This document shows positions 54,126 through 62,114 of a DNA stretch of 64,000 nucleotides, piece after piece (the first letter of the stretch is position 1; each line of letters begins with the position of its first letter). The position numbers and the translations under genes are program-made. Source of the DNA: Octopus bimaculoides (taxonomy: Eukaryota); contig NC_068984.1 in the NCBI RefSeq assembly GCF_001194135.2, positions 128,263,482-128,327,481 of the forward strand. The letters are read 5' to 3'. Below the pieces are notes generated by a model, which saw nothing but the letters and a program-made list of their open reading frames with translations, was not told where the DNA came from and searched no databases.

Positions 54126-55470
54126 CTCTTCGAAACGCCTGTGTCAGAATGGGGGCAGCTGATGAAGGAAAATGTTCTCTATGTGGCCTGTGTGTTTTCT
54201 GTACTCTGGTTATTATTATTTTTTTGTTTACGTTTTGTTTGCAATGTCCTGTACCCAGATATGCACCTATATATACAGGTAGATGTAGGTATGCATATAC
54301 TCATTTNNNNNNNNNNNNNNNNNNNNNNNNNNNNNNNNNNNNNNNNNNNNNNNNNNNNNNNNNNNNNNNNNNNNNNNNNNNNNNNNNNNNNNNNNNNNNN
54401 NNNNNNNNNNNNNNNNNNNNNNNNNNNNNNNNNNNNNNNNNNNNNNNNNNNNNNNNNNNNNNNNNNNNNNNNNNNNNNNNNNNNNNNNNNNNNNNNNNNN
54501 NNNNNNNNNNNNNNNNNNNNNNNNNNNNNNNNNNNNNNNNNNNNNNNNNNNNNNNNNNNNNNNNNNNNNNNNNNNNNNNNNNNNNNNNNNNNNNNNNNNN
54601 NNNNNNNNNNNNNNNNNNNNNNNNNNNNNNNNNNNNNNNNNNNNNNNNNNNNNNNNNNNNNNNNNNNNNNNNNNNNNNNNNNNNNNNNNNNNNNNNNNNN
54701 NNNNNNNNNNNNNNNNNNNNNNNNNNNNNNNNNNNNNNNNNNNNNNNNNNNNNNNNNNNNNNNNNNNNNNNNNNNNNNNNNNNNNNNNNNNNNNNNNNNN
54801 NNNNNNNNNNGAAATTTACATACATAGTGTAGAAAGAGAGACATATGTACACGGATAGAGGGGCGCTTGACAGGCAAATGCACCGATATAAACAATTCCA
54901 GTTGGTCTGTTCTAAAAACTGATATGGGGGGGGGGGTTAGTGAACGGGAAACTCCGAGTAGGGAATTATGCAGGTTCGGTTTTCAATATCCACACACACA
55001 TAGAGAAAGAGAGAGAGGGAGAAGAACCGTGTGAGAGGTTAACACGTAACAGGTTATCGGTGATGTGTCTGTCAATAAGTTGGTGTTAAGTCAGTGTATG
55101 AAGAGGTCATCAACTATAATAAGAGACCAAATAGAGTAAAATTAGGAAGTAATTGTATTTAATATAGACTTGACTTATTACATAAATACAGAAATGACAA
55201 GACATTGATTGGGAAAGAGAGGGAGAGAGAAAGAGATGATAATGATTGTTGTAAACGGGACGTAGCAGCCGATAGAACCCGGTGCAGGAATATCGTCGAG
55301 TGAGCGCTTGACGGAGGGCACAACTAAGTCATAAATGGATGAAATAAATAGCTGACATATTTGAAAACAGTTGTGTGAACATTAGAATAATATTTGGTAA
55401 TTACCGTCTCAGCACTGGATGGTTGATTGCCACCTTGAGGAGTTCCTAAAACCTTTCGGAAGTAATTCAT
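1629..55470 (-). CDS. USO1: General vesicular transport factor p115, multi-exon gene; 21 coding exons (871 codons) in window, C-terminal exon(s) beyond position 1
   Basis: Spliced translation MNYFRKVLG...IERLCDRVQSSTLLEDRRDAVRALKSLSK...FHVRWP...SPMGVSKLMDLLSDSREIIRND...IQKIVAFENAFERLLDII...GWSAQKVTN...AGQLLCGGLFS matches the p115/Uso1 armadillo head and is followed by coiled coil. All introns GT-AG with compatible phases; exon sum 2613 nt. Confidence 0.97.
3060..3278 (-). CDS. USO1: USO1 exon 20 (219 nt), coiled coil
   Basis: attttcag|LAELIAAKAACVNLNELTSEENKENCPTETARLHASIQQLSTELSELRHTVAAKDEQIKTTLSQKEQLEKMLE|gtaagt; phase 0-0. Confidence 0.88.
4173..4349 (+). repeat. 25-bp minisatellite, about 7 copies
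   Basis: Unit approx GTTAGACTACCACACTATGTATAAG, repeated with drift. Confidence 0.85.
4389..4486 (-). CDS. USO1: USO1 exon 19 (98 nt), coiled coil
   Basis: tttgatag|(G)SQDGKNEIAQLKQEIETLQTKLKTKDDELKQT|gtaagt; phase 1-0. Confidence 0.87.
4636..4864 (-). mobile_element. tRNA-derived SINE (GGCGGYGAGCTGGCAGAA family)
   Basis: B box GAGTTCAAATTCC, central TTTCATCCTTTCRGGGTCGATAAATTAAGTACC, A-rich tail; TSD CCTTGTAAATTATTTCT at 4619-4635 and 4865-4881. Confidence 0.88.
4922..5110 (+). mobile_element. Diverged copy of the same SINE, head-to-head with 4636-4864
   Basis: GTTGGCAGAATTGTTAG...GTTCAAATT...CATCCTTTCAAGGGTCAATAAAATAAGTACC. Confidence 0.8.
5434..5862 (-). mobile_element. tRNA-head SINE with CORE-like segment and internal (TA)/(TG) microsatellite; also about 61145-61527(-), 62779-63240(-), 10620-10830(+), 32120-32290(-), 40070-40460(-)
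   Basis: Minus strand ATAGGCGCAGGAGTGGCTGTGTGG...GGGTTCAGTCCC...GGCACCTTGGGCAAGTGTCTTCT...(microsatellite)...CAAATGACTGAAACAAGTAAAA. Confidence 0.85.
6696..7131 (+). mobile_element. SINE with the same tRNA/CORE-like head but an RTE-type (GAT)n tail; also about 7769-8219(+), 35596-36010(+), 13810-14375(-)
   Basis: Head as in 5434-5862, then ...AAACAGGTGAGGGTTG..ACAGGAAG.GCATC..GTAGAAAATCTGC....GATGATGAT. Confidence 0.75.
7214..7352 (-). CDS. USO1: USO1 exon 18 (139 nt), coiled coil
   Basis: tctttcag|DIQLNDLRKELKGYKSQSNLNKEEFEETKQQIQQLKDQNAVLKAQK|gtttgt; phase 0-1. Confidence 0.9.
8306..8421 (-). CDS. USO1: USO1 exon 17 (116 nt)
   Basis: tatttcag|(N)EVLRAVSVSDNKGKTGLSASIHEHSSIVIQYKELIREQ|gtgagt; phase 1-0. 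Confidence 0.93.
8690..9095 (+). mobile_element. Possible highly decayed piggyBac (PGBD-like) transposase relic
   Basis: Across frames: RKITNLERL*NERFWK, SIDEDMKTF, LRRCFHFMD; these recall PGBD motifs KIRPL..LNERF, SIDESM.PF and RCLHF.D, with many stops. Confidence 0.35.
9382..9563 (-). CDS. USO1: USO1 exon 16 (182 nt)
   Basis: attacag|DSLCKIIANRIGMETFIDKLSQVTKHESYTKAAKKAHLNYKHPNEVIFDYEFTRLFKSLE|gtaagt; phase 2-1. Confidence 0.96.
9899..10131 (+). mobile_element. Same SINE family; further degenerate copies at about 17940-18065(-), 23365-23690(+), 36660-36872(-), 47915-48050(-), 58226-58430(+)
   Basis: Full-length copy with TSD AAAGT(A/C)AGAGGAAGG; the others share the central domain. Confidence 0.85.
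10870..10991 (-). CDS. USO1: USO1 exon 15 (122 nt)
   Basis: tatttaag|LIAQISASEGEELEQLVQGLCAFLLGISVLFNDDQNETFN(K)|gtatgt; phase 0-2. Confidence 0.95.
10992..13302 (-). other. U12-type (minor spliceosome) GT-AG intron, USO1 intron 14
   Basis: Donor GTATCCTTT (13302-13294); branch site TTCACCTTAAC with CCTTAAC at 11009-11003, about 12 nt from the AG; no polypyrimidine tract (…CCTTAACTGCTATTTAAG|). Confidence 0.92.
11713..13176 (-). mobile_element. 5'-truncated, degenerate RTE-clade LINE (RT fragment plus 3' UTR ending in (GAT)n)
   Basis: NYRGIKLLDQ...DEMQLGFVPRRSTTDAIFLVRKLQEKY...LAFVDLDKAFDRVP (+1 frameshift near 12950) SLIWW...HQG...PWELLYTDDL fused to LEVVDSFCYLGD; 3' tail continues to ...CATTAAATGATGATG at about 11713. 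Confidence 0.92.
13303..13413 (-). CDS. USO1: USO1 exon 14 (111 nt)
   Basis: attttcag|GGKIQTRIGLLMLLCGWLSDCSIAVTHFLCNTANVPY|gtatcctttt (U12-type donor); phase 0-0. Confidence 0.96.
14783..14836 (+). repeat. Three tandem 18-bp repeats
   Basis: GTGGCCAGTGGTA(T/C)ATTT x3. Confidence 0.95.
15026..15231 (-). CDS. USO1: USO1 exon 13 (206 nt)
   Basis: tatttcag|(V)NTITAGQLLCGGLFSGDSLSNWFASVALLHAILENNTQREQLLRVQLATSLGNPPVSLLQQCCNMLAQ|gtaagt; phase 1-0. Confidence 0.97.
16340..16494 (-). CDS. USO1: USO1 exon 12 (155 nt)
   Basis: ttatag|PAIVVLLMSMVNEKQPFVLRCAVLYCFQSFLFKNEVGQSQIVQTLLPTTAD|gtgaga; phase 2-1. Confidence 0.97.
16756..16844 (-). CDS. USO1: USO1 exon 11 (89 nt)
   Basis: ttttccag|TINTVSEIIRGNLANQEFFASVMAPSKPP(R)|gtaact; phase 0-2. 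Confidence 0.96.
16971..17080. mobile_element. Tc1/mariner-type MITE
   Basis: TA|CAGGGTGTCCACAAAGTTTGGGTACAT ... ATGTACCCAGACTTTGTAGACACCCTG|TA: 27-bp TIRs with 2 mismatches and TA target duplication. Confidence 0.8.
17315..17379 (-). CDS. USO1: USO1 exon 10 (65 nt)
   Basis: gatttcag|(N)LLKQLCTILMASGVPADVLTA|gtatgg; phase 1-0. Confidence 0.95.
18098..18173 (-). CDS. USO1: USO1 exon 9 (76 nt)
   Basis: ttctatag|LVRTLVSPNNPLNQTAACQKVMNSC|gtaagt; phase 0-1; follows the 13.6-kb intron 8. Confidence 0.94.
18905..19255 (-). mobile_element. Decayed CR1/L2 (Crack-like) LINE ORF2 3' end
   Basis: LSYFYCCYNRLYFSELIKLITPPL... then frameshifted SFLLRTLSFWDSF...DLQSVKRSIKGINL; resembles the LFYRYY..CSSEL...SFF.RT..LWNSL..LQ.FK C-terminus of this group. 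Confidence 0.6.
19374..19425 (+). repeat. (TG)n microsatellite, representative of many (TA)n, (CA)n, (GA)n and (GAT)n tracts in the window
   Basis: Direct reading. Confidence 0.95.
20794..21190. repeat. Imperfect long inverted repeat (fold-back/MITE-like), arms about 20794-20903 and 21048-21190
   Basis: TATTTTG..TCATTATGCCAATA..ACTTCTTTATT..AATTAACTAATTGATTGTTT..CTCAG is mirrored in the right arm. Confidence 0.7.
21570..21640 (-). ncRNA. Candidate degenerate minimal type-I hammerhead ribozyme
   Basis: GCCCAGAUAC-CUGAAGA-[GAUG...CAUC stem II]-U-GAAA-CUC-G-GAG-U-U-UUAUCAUGGC; both core motifs in type-I order, palindromic stem III, 7/10 pairs in stem I. Confidence 0.5.
21924..22065. mobile_element. 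Palindromic MITE flanked by TTAA (Kolobok/T2-like termini)
   Basis: TTAA at 21924-21927 and 22062-22065; termini AGGGGACAAC...GTTGTCCTCT; the 134-bp body is nearly one long inverted repeat. Confidence 0.7.
22822..23175 (+). mobile_element. Penelope-like element (PLE) reverse transcriptase C-terminal remnant
   Basis: Frame not given in the ORF track: ...ISNTSVTFLDISVNIHHFTLTTSIHYKHTDSHSCLNFSSFHPTHTKLSIPYF*FLHLHRLCSDNHDL...FILHGYS; resembles PLE motifs FLD..V, YKPTDSHSYL..SSHP and IPYSQFLRLRRICS; one stop at 23008-23010. Confidence 0.8.
31769..31953 (-). CDS. USO1: USO1 exon 8 (185 nt)
   Basis: atttcag|(G)IVVEDCLLLMLNLMKTNTSNQNFFKEGSYIQKLTPYFQLESSSQSAGWSAQKVTNIHLMFQ|gtgagt; phase 1-0. Confidence 0.97.
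32629..32749 (-). CDS. USO1: USO1 exon 7 (121 nt)
   Basis: ctcaatag|ALLLLIQLTKGNANIQKIVAFENAFERLLDIIREEGNSDG|gtttgt; phase 0-1. Confidence 0.96.
33959..34117 (-). CDS. USO1: USO1 exon 6 (159 nt)
   Basis: tatttag|EYDFHVRWPIVKLLTILLTNKSKEIQEIILISPMGVSKLMDLLSDSREIIRND|gtaagt; phase 0-0. Confidence 0.97.
34409..34874 (+). mobile_element. Young RTE 3'-end copy with 4 tandem 64-68-bp modules; related copies at 14146-14237(-), 18471-18593(+), 22123-22278(+), 24107-24290(-), 30355-30651(+), 33290-33416(+), 44683-44925(-), 47285-47600(-), 50907-51114(+), 59358-59684(+), 62520-62675(+)
   Basis: Shared terminus GAGTGGTTGGCGTTAGGAAGGGCATCCAGCTGTAGAAACTCTGCC...CCAACCCATGCTAGCATGGAAAGCGGACGTTAAACGATGATGATG; homologous to the 3' end of the RT-bearing copy at 11713-13176. 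Confidence 0.85.
36476..36597 (-). CDS. USO1: USO1 exon 5 (122 nt)
   Basis: ttttcag|(D)SMSLTEDELSNHIPDDLGGQFTEIFIKSSENVTLLLLLLE|gtgagt; phase 1-0. Confidence 0.95.
37640..37713 (-). CDS. USO1: USO1 exon 4 (74 nt)
   Basis: tattgtag|SDAEIIGYSLDTLCNIMSNEPSDD|gtaagt; phase 2-1. Confidence 0.95.
38275..38339 (-). CDS. USO1: USO1 exon 3 (65 nt)
   Basis: ttctatag|KYALEVGTQAMDILIKVLETD(R)|gtcagt; phase 0-2. Confidence 0.95.
42622..42997 (+). mobile_element. tRNA-derived SINE (GGAGGCGCAATGGCCCAGTGG family)
   Basis: A box TGGCCCAGTGG, B box GGTTTCGATTCC, tail GGAGTGCCAAC(AC)n; TSD ACCTGCATG(A/G)ATTA. Confidence 0.9.
45353..45439 (-). CDS. USO1: USO1 exon 2 (87 nt)
   Basis: tttgacag|IERLCDRVQSSTLLEDRRDAVRALKSLSK|gtaaga; phase 0-0. 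Confidence 0.96.
45495..45738 (+). repeat. 32-bp minisatellite, about 7-8 diverged copies
   Basis: CCAATGAGTA-like core recurs at 45608, 45640, 45672, 45704. Confidence 0.8.
49746..50098 (+). mobile_element. Older copy of the same tRNA-derived SINE
   Basis: Collinear with 42622-42997 with many CpG-type substitutions; possible ATAGAAAG TSD. Confidence 0.85.
51811..51898. repeat. Near-perfect 37-bp hairpin with 14-nt loop
   Basis: TATATATAAATTTAAAGAATGGAGTAAACGCATATTA / TAATATGTGTTTACTCCATTCTTTAAATTTATATATA; one G-T pair. Confidence 0.9.
54307..54810. other. Assembly gap; other N runs at 14022-14127, 19426-19781, 26259-26268, 51654-51663, 52208-52217
   Basis: Runs of N, mostly bordered by (TA)n or (TG)n microsatellites. 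Confidence 1.
55405..55470 (-). CDS. USO1: USO1 coding exon 1 (66 nt)
   Basis: ATG at 55470-55468; MNYFRKVLGTPQGGNQPSSAET; donor GTAATT; phase 0. Confidence 0.93.
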
Positions 55471-55498
55471 GTTGATGGTAGCGAGTGACTCGCCTACA

Positions 55499-55558
55499 AC
55501 GCATGCGCTAACAACGTGGCATATCCCAGCATACAATTCACTCGCACGTCACGTAGTC
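55499..55558 (-). promoter_or_regulatory. Probable USO1 proximal promoter motif cluster
   Basis: NRF1-like GCGCATGCGT (55508-55499), ACGTGGC (55514-55520, + strand) and TGACGTG (55551-55545), 29-90 nt upstream of the ATG in a locally CpG-rich stretch. Confidence 0.5.
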
Positions 55559-55740
55559 AAGTAGTAAGAGTTGTCTTTTCTTGTGTCACCTCGTTTTCAC
55601 CTTTTAGTTAACCTTATTGCATTCTTCCTCTCCCTTTATTGCTCTTGTTAATTTTAACCCTGACCCAGCTGAACTATGATCAAATGTGTTTAAGCTGTGA
55701 CTGTCTTCCTCTGTGATTCAGACATACTGTATTTAGGACC

Positions 55741-56122
55741 GGAGGCGCAATGGCCCAGTAGTTAGGGCAGCGGACTCGCGGTCATAAGATCGCGGTTTCG
55801 ATTCCCAGACATTTCGTTGTGAGTGTTTATTGAGCGAAAACACCTAAAGCTCCAAGAGGCTTCGGCAGGGGATGGTGGCGAACCCTGCTGTACTCTTTCA
55901 CCACAACTTTCTCTCACTCTTTCTTCCTGTTTCTGTTGTACCTGTATTTCAAAGGGCCAGCCTTGTCACACTGTGTCACGCTGAATATCCCCGAGAACTA
56001 CATTAAGGGTACACTTGTCTGTGGAGTGCTCAGCCACTTGCACGTTAATTTCACGAGCAGGCTGTACCGTTGATTGAATCAACTGGAACCCTCGACGTCG
56101 TAAGCGACGGAGTGCCAACAAC
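55741..56122 (+). mobile_element. tRNA-derived SINE in the USO1 upstream region
   Basis: Same family; exact 10-bp TSD ATTTAGGACC at 55731-55740 and 56123-56132. Confidence 0.92.
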
Positions 56123-56189
56123 ATTTAGGACCACATGTATCTTTCGCCTTTCTCTTTTTAGGATAGTTTGGTGTGATCTGGTTCTTGTC

Positions 56190-56560
56190 GTTTAATCCCG
56201 GGCTGTGCTCAGAATGAACAGTGGACCTCAAACCAAAGGCATTCCAGCCTGACCATTTCTTTGTGTATTCTAAACAGTATCTAGAATTATCTTATTCAAT
56301 GTGTCTATGATACAGGATATGGTTTAAGGGAGATTTGGTTGCTATTTCTAGCAGGATCAGCGACCACATCGAATCCTCGCTCATGTTGTTCTTATTGAGT
56401 AGACTAATGACAAAAGGCATTCCAGCCTTGACCATTCTATTTTTCTTCAATGAACATGATTCTATTAACCTAAGTGTCCTTTTTTAAAGACATCGGTGGG
56501 GTTATTCGAGGGCTATTTGTCTGCTATTTCTAACGGATTGAGCAACCGCGTAAAAGGTCC
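56190..56560 (+). repeat. Unclassified dispersed repeat of about 200 bp (two tandem copies); others at about 5890-6110, 20100-20290, 43600-43770(-), 53330-53590, 57800-58130
   Basis: Shared AAAGGCATTCCAGCC.TGACCAT ... GAGGGAGATTTGG.TGCTATTTCTAGCAGG motifs. Confidence 0.7.
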
Positions 56561-59500
56561 CTTCCTCAAGTGATCCCCGTAAAGATCTTCCATTGACACG
56601 TTGTTTCGTTGCTTTATTTAGTAACCAGATGAAATAACAGACAATATAATCTTAAATTCGATATTTTATTAATCTGATATTGATTGTTGCTTTTGTAGCT
56701 ATAGGCACATTTACTCAGGTATACTGATTTCGTAGGTGACACGATACTAATTTTTCTGGAGGAGAGATCAGATGACAGGGTGTCGTTGTGTAACTCCCGA
56801 TCGAACAGATAGGGCATTAACACGTATCTGTTGTTTTAAATATACTATGTCTCTGCCTACCTGAAGACCATACTAACATTAATTGTATGAAGTGAAATGT
56901 TGTACTCAGACCATGTGTTTTCTCCATCTGCCTGGACGATTTCTATATGTCTGTCGCTTAGTCCAGAAGGTAGCGGTTTTTAGCATGGGTTCGCAGACCG
57001 CCTGGTAGTGGTGGTGGTGGTGGATCCACAAAGAAATTACGAAGGGTTTATGAGTTGTGTTCAATGTTTTAAATGGCTACAACAATAATATGTATTACTT
57101 GGTTATTGGTCATCGTCATCCTTTATTCTCTTTCCCTTTTCATTGTTACTTATTACAGCGATATTGTCTCAGCTTTAAGAAGAATTTCGCTTGATGAGTA
57201 CATAGTTTTTATACTTGTGGTCGGTCAACTGACTTGTGATTTAAGCTGAACATCTAATCAACTCAGTTACATTTTATTGGCAGCAAGCTAATATAGAAGC
57301 TTATACACAGTAGCATGACCTGCTAGATGTAGCAGCTAATTCTCCCATGAATCACACCCTTCATGAATAGTGAAGGATACATCTAACTATGTAGTTCATT
57401 ATATACAAAACAGAGGGATGGTCATCACTAGAAAGTTTTTGATCATAGAACTGACTTAAGGTTGAATAACAACTGACTTATGATTGATAGTCTTATCTGA
57501 TATATCTTGCTCTTGATGTATATGTAATATTAATTGCAATATGTGGCAACAAATCTTGGTGTTTTGAGTGATGGGAAGGGTCTTTTATCTAGGTGAGGTA
57601 TTAAATTGGATACAAGTTTTGACTTTATGCTTTATTCTTACCTATCGAGTAGATTTCGACCTCACTAGAAAGTGAAATAGTATTGTGGTTACTGAGGGAC
57701 ATAGTGTGGTTATTGAGAAACAGTGTGCTTCTGGATATTTTCTATATTTTTCTTACAAACTGAAAATAATGACTTTTTTTCAGTTGCGAGTTGTTGTTTA
57801 ACTTTGGGTCACTTCTCATTGAGCAGGACTTGAATCAGAGATGTTCTGCTCATGACTAGCCTCTCTTTTTTTGTATATCTAGGGCAGCCACAACTAAACT
57901 GCAATCAGTAGGACTTCTTGAATGGCATACCAATGTTTTTAGCCGTGTGGCCTGCCTGATAATAAGTCATGTCTCATTCAGCTTGTGTTTCAAAAAACGT
58001 CCATCATTGATCTAAGACTATGTTGCATGCCCTCACACTTTTTTCTAAAGCAGTAGGCATGATTTGAGGGAGATTTAGCTATTATTTCTAACTGGCTGAG
58101 CAACTATATAGAGGCTCCTTCATTGGTTTGATAGTTTGAGACTTTGTATGAGAAGGGACATTTAGATTGCTCTAGCAATTCCAAATGTTCATTTCCATGA
58201 ACAGTTTCTTAATCTAGAAATGTATATAAGGTAGCAAGCTGGCAGAACCTTTAGCACACCAGGCAAACTGCTTAGCAACATTTCATCTGTCTTTATGTTC
58301 TGAGTTCAAATTCCACCAAGGTTGACTTTACCTTTCATCCTTTCAGGATCAATAAATAAGTACCAGTTGAGCACTGGGTCGACTTCCCCCTTCCTCCAAT
58401 ATTACTGACCTTGTGGCAAAATGTGAAACCAATAGAGAAATGTAAAATCCATTTAATTCATGGTAATATAGAACTTCAAATGTAAAATGCTCAGATCTCT
58501 TTAGTCCAGTAAATCATTATTTGAAAATCTCTATTGAATTGTTTTCATGGAACATGAAATGCAAATGTTATCTTCAAAATAATCCATGTTAACAAGGAAC
58601 ACATAATCTCTCTAATAATCTTTGTTAAAATATATTTCTTAATCTATCAAATTACTGTTAACATGTAATCTAAAATATGAAATGCTTTATTAAAACTGAT
58701 GCAAACAGTATTCCAAAATTCTGCTTAAACATGTCCAGTCATAAGGAAGTATTATCTTGTTTGAAAACAGATGAGGGTTGGCAATATAGGTGGGGCATCT
58801 GACCATGGAAGACCTGTTTCAGTAAGTTTTGTCTGACCCATACAGGGGTAGTAAAGTGGATGTTAAAACAATGATGATGACGATAAAACTTTGAACGTGA
58901 TTTTTTTTTGTTTTTTAATCAAGAGATTTGAATCTTCCAAATTATGTTTACAGAATGTTCATATGTAAGGCTTTATAAAATTGTAGTTAATATTGTCTAT
59001 TAGGACTTGATTATCTTTCAACAGAGGGTTGATAAACTTTGACATGTGTGACTGCAATTTGATTATCACTATGCATAGTTGAATATTTAAAGGTTTCTAA
59101 ATTTATGTGATGACAGATATATCTTAGTTACATTAAAATGGCAGTTTATAAAAATATTTTGGTCATGTCTCCATACAACCTATTATTTCAATTAGCAGTT
59201 CCATAAAATTGTAGTGAGGGCCTTGGTTTAATATCCATGTTCATTGTGAAACTAAATCAGATTTATTATATTTAAATAAAATTATGTTCAGTTTTGTGAG
59301 TGGCATAGTTAACTGTTTTGAATCTAGTACAATTACTGGTACATATTGAATTAACCCGTCAGGCGGTACCGTTGCCAGTACCGCCTGACTGGCCTTGTAG
59401 GGTTTTCGAGCGAGATCGTTGCCAGTGCCCCTGGACTGGCTCTTGTGTGGGTGGCACATAAGACACCATTTCGAGCATGGCCGTTTTCGTGCAGGTGACA

Positions 59501-62114
59501 CGTAAAAGCACCGACTACACTCTGAGTGGTTGGCGTTAGGAAGGGCATCCAGCTGTAGAAACTCTGCCAAATTAGATTGGAGCCTGGTTTTGCCATCCGG
59601 TTTCACCAGTCCTCAGTCAAATCGTCCAACCCATGCTAGCATGGAAAGCGGACGTTAAACGATGATGATGATGATGATGATGATAGTATATCATCAACCT
59701 ACAATCATGAGTTCAAACTACATCAAAGTCAAGATGATGTAGTCCTAGGATATAACCTGGATATATATGTTAGAGGCTTCATAGTTGTCCATTAATGTTG
59801 TCTTTCTCAATGACTTTGTAAGAAATTTTCATATCTATTAGGCAGCTGGTCCTTATAAACAGTACATAATTTTTGTTCTCTGACCAAAACAACAATATCA
59901 AGCCTGTTGTTAATGCAATTGATGGGTATTTTGATAGGAATATTCCTAGTGTTGGAACTTATAAATGTTACCAAGATTAGAAATATTCTTTACATTTGTT
60001 ACAAAGCAGTTTTTCCTATAAATGGTAAGCTATATCGATTTAGCATTGAAAGGTACTACCTTTCTAGACCACATAGAAAGGTAATACCTTGATAACGTAC
60101 TGAGAAAGATAGCGATTACAGCATGATGTCTTCTGCAATTATATAACATAATCAACATTTTTTATTATATCCTGAAGATTTAAACACTTCACTGCATTCT
60201 TTTTGGTCTTCAAATATTTTTGCTTTTGGGTTATAAAAGTATATTTGAAGTGATGTGAGTTCGAGTCTCATGGCTGGCCAGTAACGTATTTTTCTGTAAT
60301 GTATAGATAATTTATCCTGATCACGCTATTTATAGCATTATTTATAGCATTTATTTCTGTATCTTACAATACATCTCAACGCTTCTAAAAACAAACTTTG
60401 TTTACTTTCACCGTAAAGTTGAATTTAAAGTGATGTTATGACCAAGTGTTCATACTGGCTTTGATACAGCTAGATATTAGAATCATTTTTCAGTTTTTCT
60501 GAAACATACCGAAGCATAATCTTTTGTTGGTACATATGTTTTTTTCTCGGTTCTTTGTTGTAGTTCTGTATGTATTTATGTGTCAATGTATCCCATACAT
60601 GCAAACATGTTATGAAATTTAAGAAAGACCAGCATAGTTCATCCCTTCCATCAAACGAAAAGTTGTGATATAATCCAGCTCTGAAATAATTGTTAGTTCA
60701 GAGCGAATTTAGAATGTTTATTTGAATTATCTTTTTACAGCCAAAATTAAAGTTCAAGGGAGGTAAATAAACTAATGTTTTCCAAAGTTATTCTTCCTTT
60801 TAACAGAAAACTGAATTAAATCAACGACTTCTTTTAGGCTATCTCTATGCTACTTTCTTAGTAATAACATCAAGTGATTTAATCTAAGCTTTCTTCTGAT
60901 TTTCATCATAAAGTGAAAACGTTTGTTTAGTGGAATTTGCGGAAGATAACAATAGAGAGAATTAACAATCAGCCAGTCAAGCCGGGAAGTTACATTTTGA
61001 AATGTAAGAGAATCCGAGTGAATGAAATCATTGTGCTAGCTACAAAAGTTTTGTAGATTACCTAATAAATAATACTGGTACTTCTGGGAGATTTATTACT
61101 TTTGGCATATGGTTTTAAAACTCTTCTCAATTTTTTTATGATGCTTTTTACTCTTTTACTTGTTTTAATCATTTGACTGCGGCTATGCTGGGGCACCACC
61201 TTTAGTCAAGCAAATCGACCCCAGGACTTATTCTTTGTAAGCCTAGTACTTATTCAATCGGTCTCTTTTGCTGAACCGCTAAGTTACGGGGACGTAAACA
61301 CACCAGTATCGGTTGTCAAGCGATGTTGGGGGGACAAACACACACATATATATATATACATATACATATATATGACGGGTTTCTTTCAGTTTCCGTCTAC
61401 CAAATCCACTCACAGGGCTTTGGTTGGCCCGAGGCTATAGTAGAAGACACTTGCCCAAGGTGCAACGCAGTGGGATTGAACCCGGAACCATGTGGTTGGT
61501 AAGCAAGCTACTTCACAGCCACTCCTGTTTGTTTTAAGTAGTTTTCTTTTTTTTTTTTTGTTATTGTTTTGGGTTTTTTGAACACCAGGCATTCAGAATT
61601 TTTTAAAATGGGTTTAAAATTGATTATCTAGTTAACAAATATCCAGTGACATGTGGTTCTTGTATTGAGTTGTGCTGCCAATGCCACCAAATTTCAAGCA
61701 GGGGTATAGCAAAAGTTTTCCATTAAGATTTGTGATTAAGTTAATGAGCGATGTTAATATTCATAACGAATTTGCCATTTTCGATTGGTATGCAGCACAC
61801 ATCTATCACACCCAGAATATACGCCCCTGCAAATATCTTAATTATATAAGTGATTATAATAATTGATATATTGGTTATAAAATATAGTAAAGCTTGGGTG
61901 AAATGTGTATATAATTACAATTAAATATATGTGAACAATAACATAAGTAGAGGGTGAGGAGACAAAAATGTAATACTATTACCCCTCTTTTTCTTATATT
62001 TATTAGATTATTTCTCATTTTCTTCAATTTCTTTTCTTTTTTGTACATTGTAAAACTGAAATTTTAAACGCTCATACATAATTTTTTCTGTTAACTTTTA
62101 TATTTTATTTGTAA

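Noticed and set aside
54128-54180. Hammerhead half-cores on + (CGAAACGCCTGTGTC ... CTGATGAAGG)
   Set aside because: Stem I between GTC and CTGATGA cannot pair, and no GAAA follows the second stem. At best a scrambled PLE-type remnant.
56955-57270. Possible exons of a divergent + strand gene (PPGSGGGGGSTKKLRR; DIVSALRRISLDE)
   Set aside because: No in-frame start, weak donors and no recognisable protein; the Gly run comes from a (GGT)n repeat.
60250-60285. tRNA T-arm-like GTGAGTTCGAGTCTCAT...GGCCA
   Set aside because: No D-arm, anticodon arm or matching acceptor stem upstream; not a tRNA gene.
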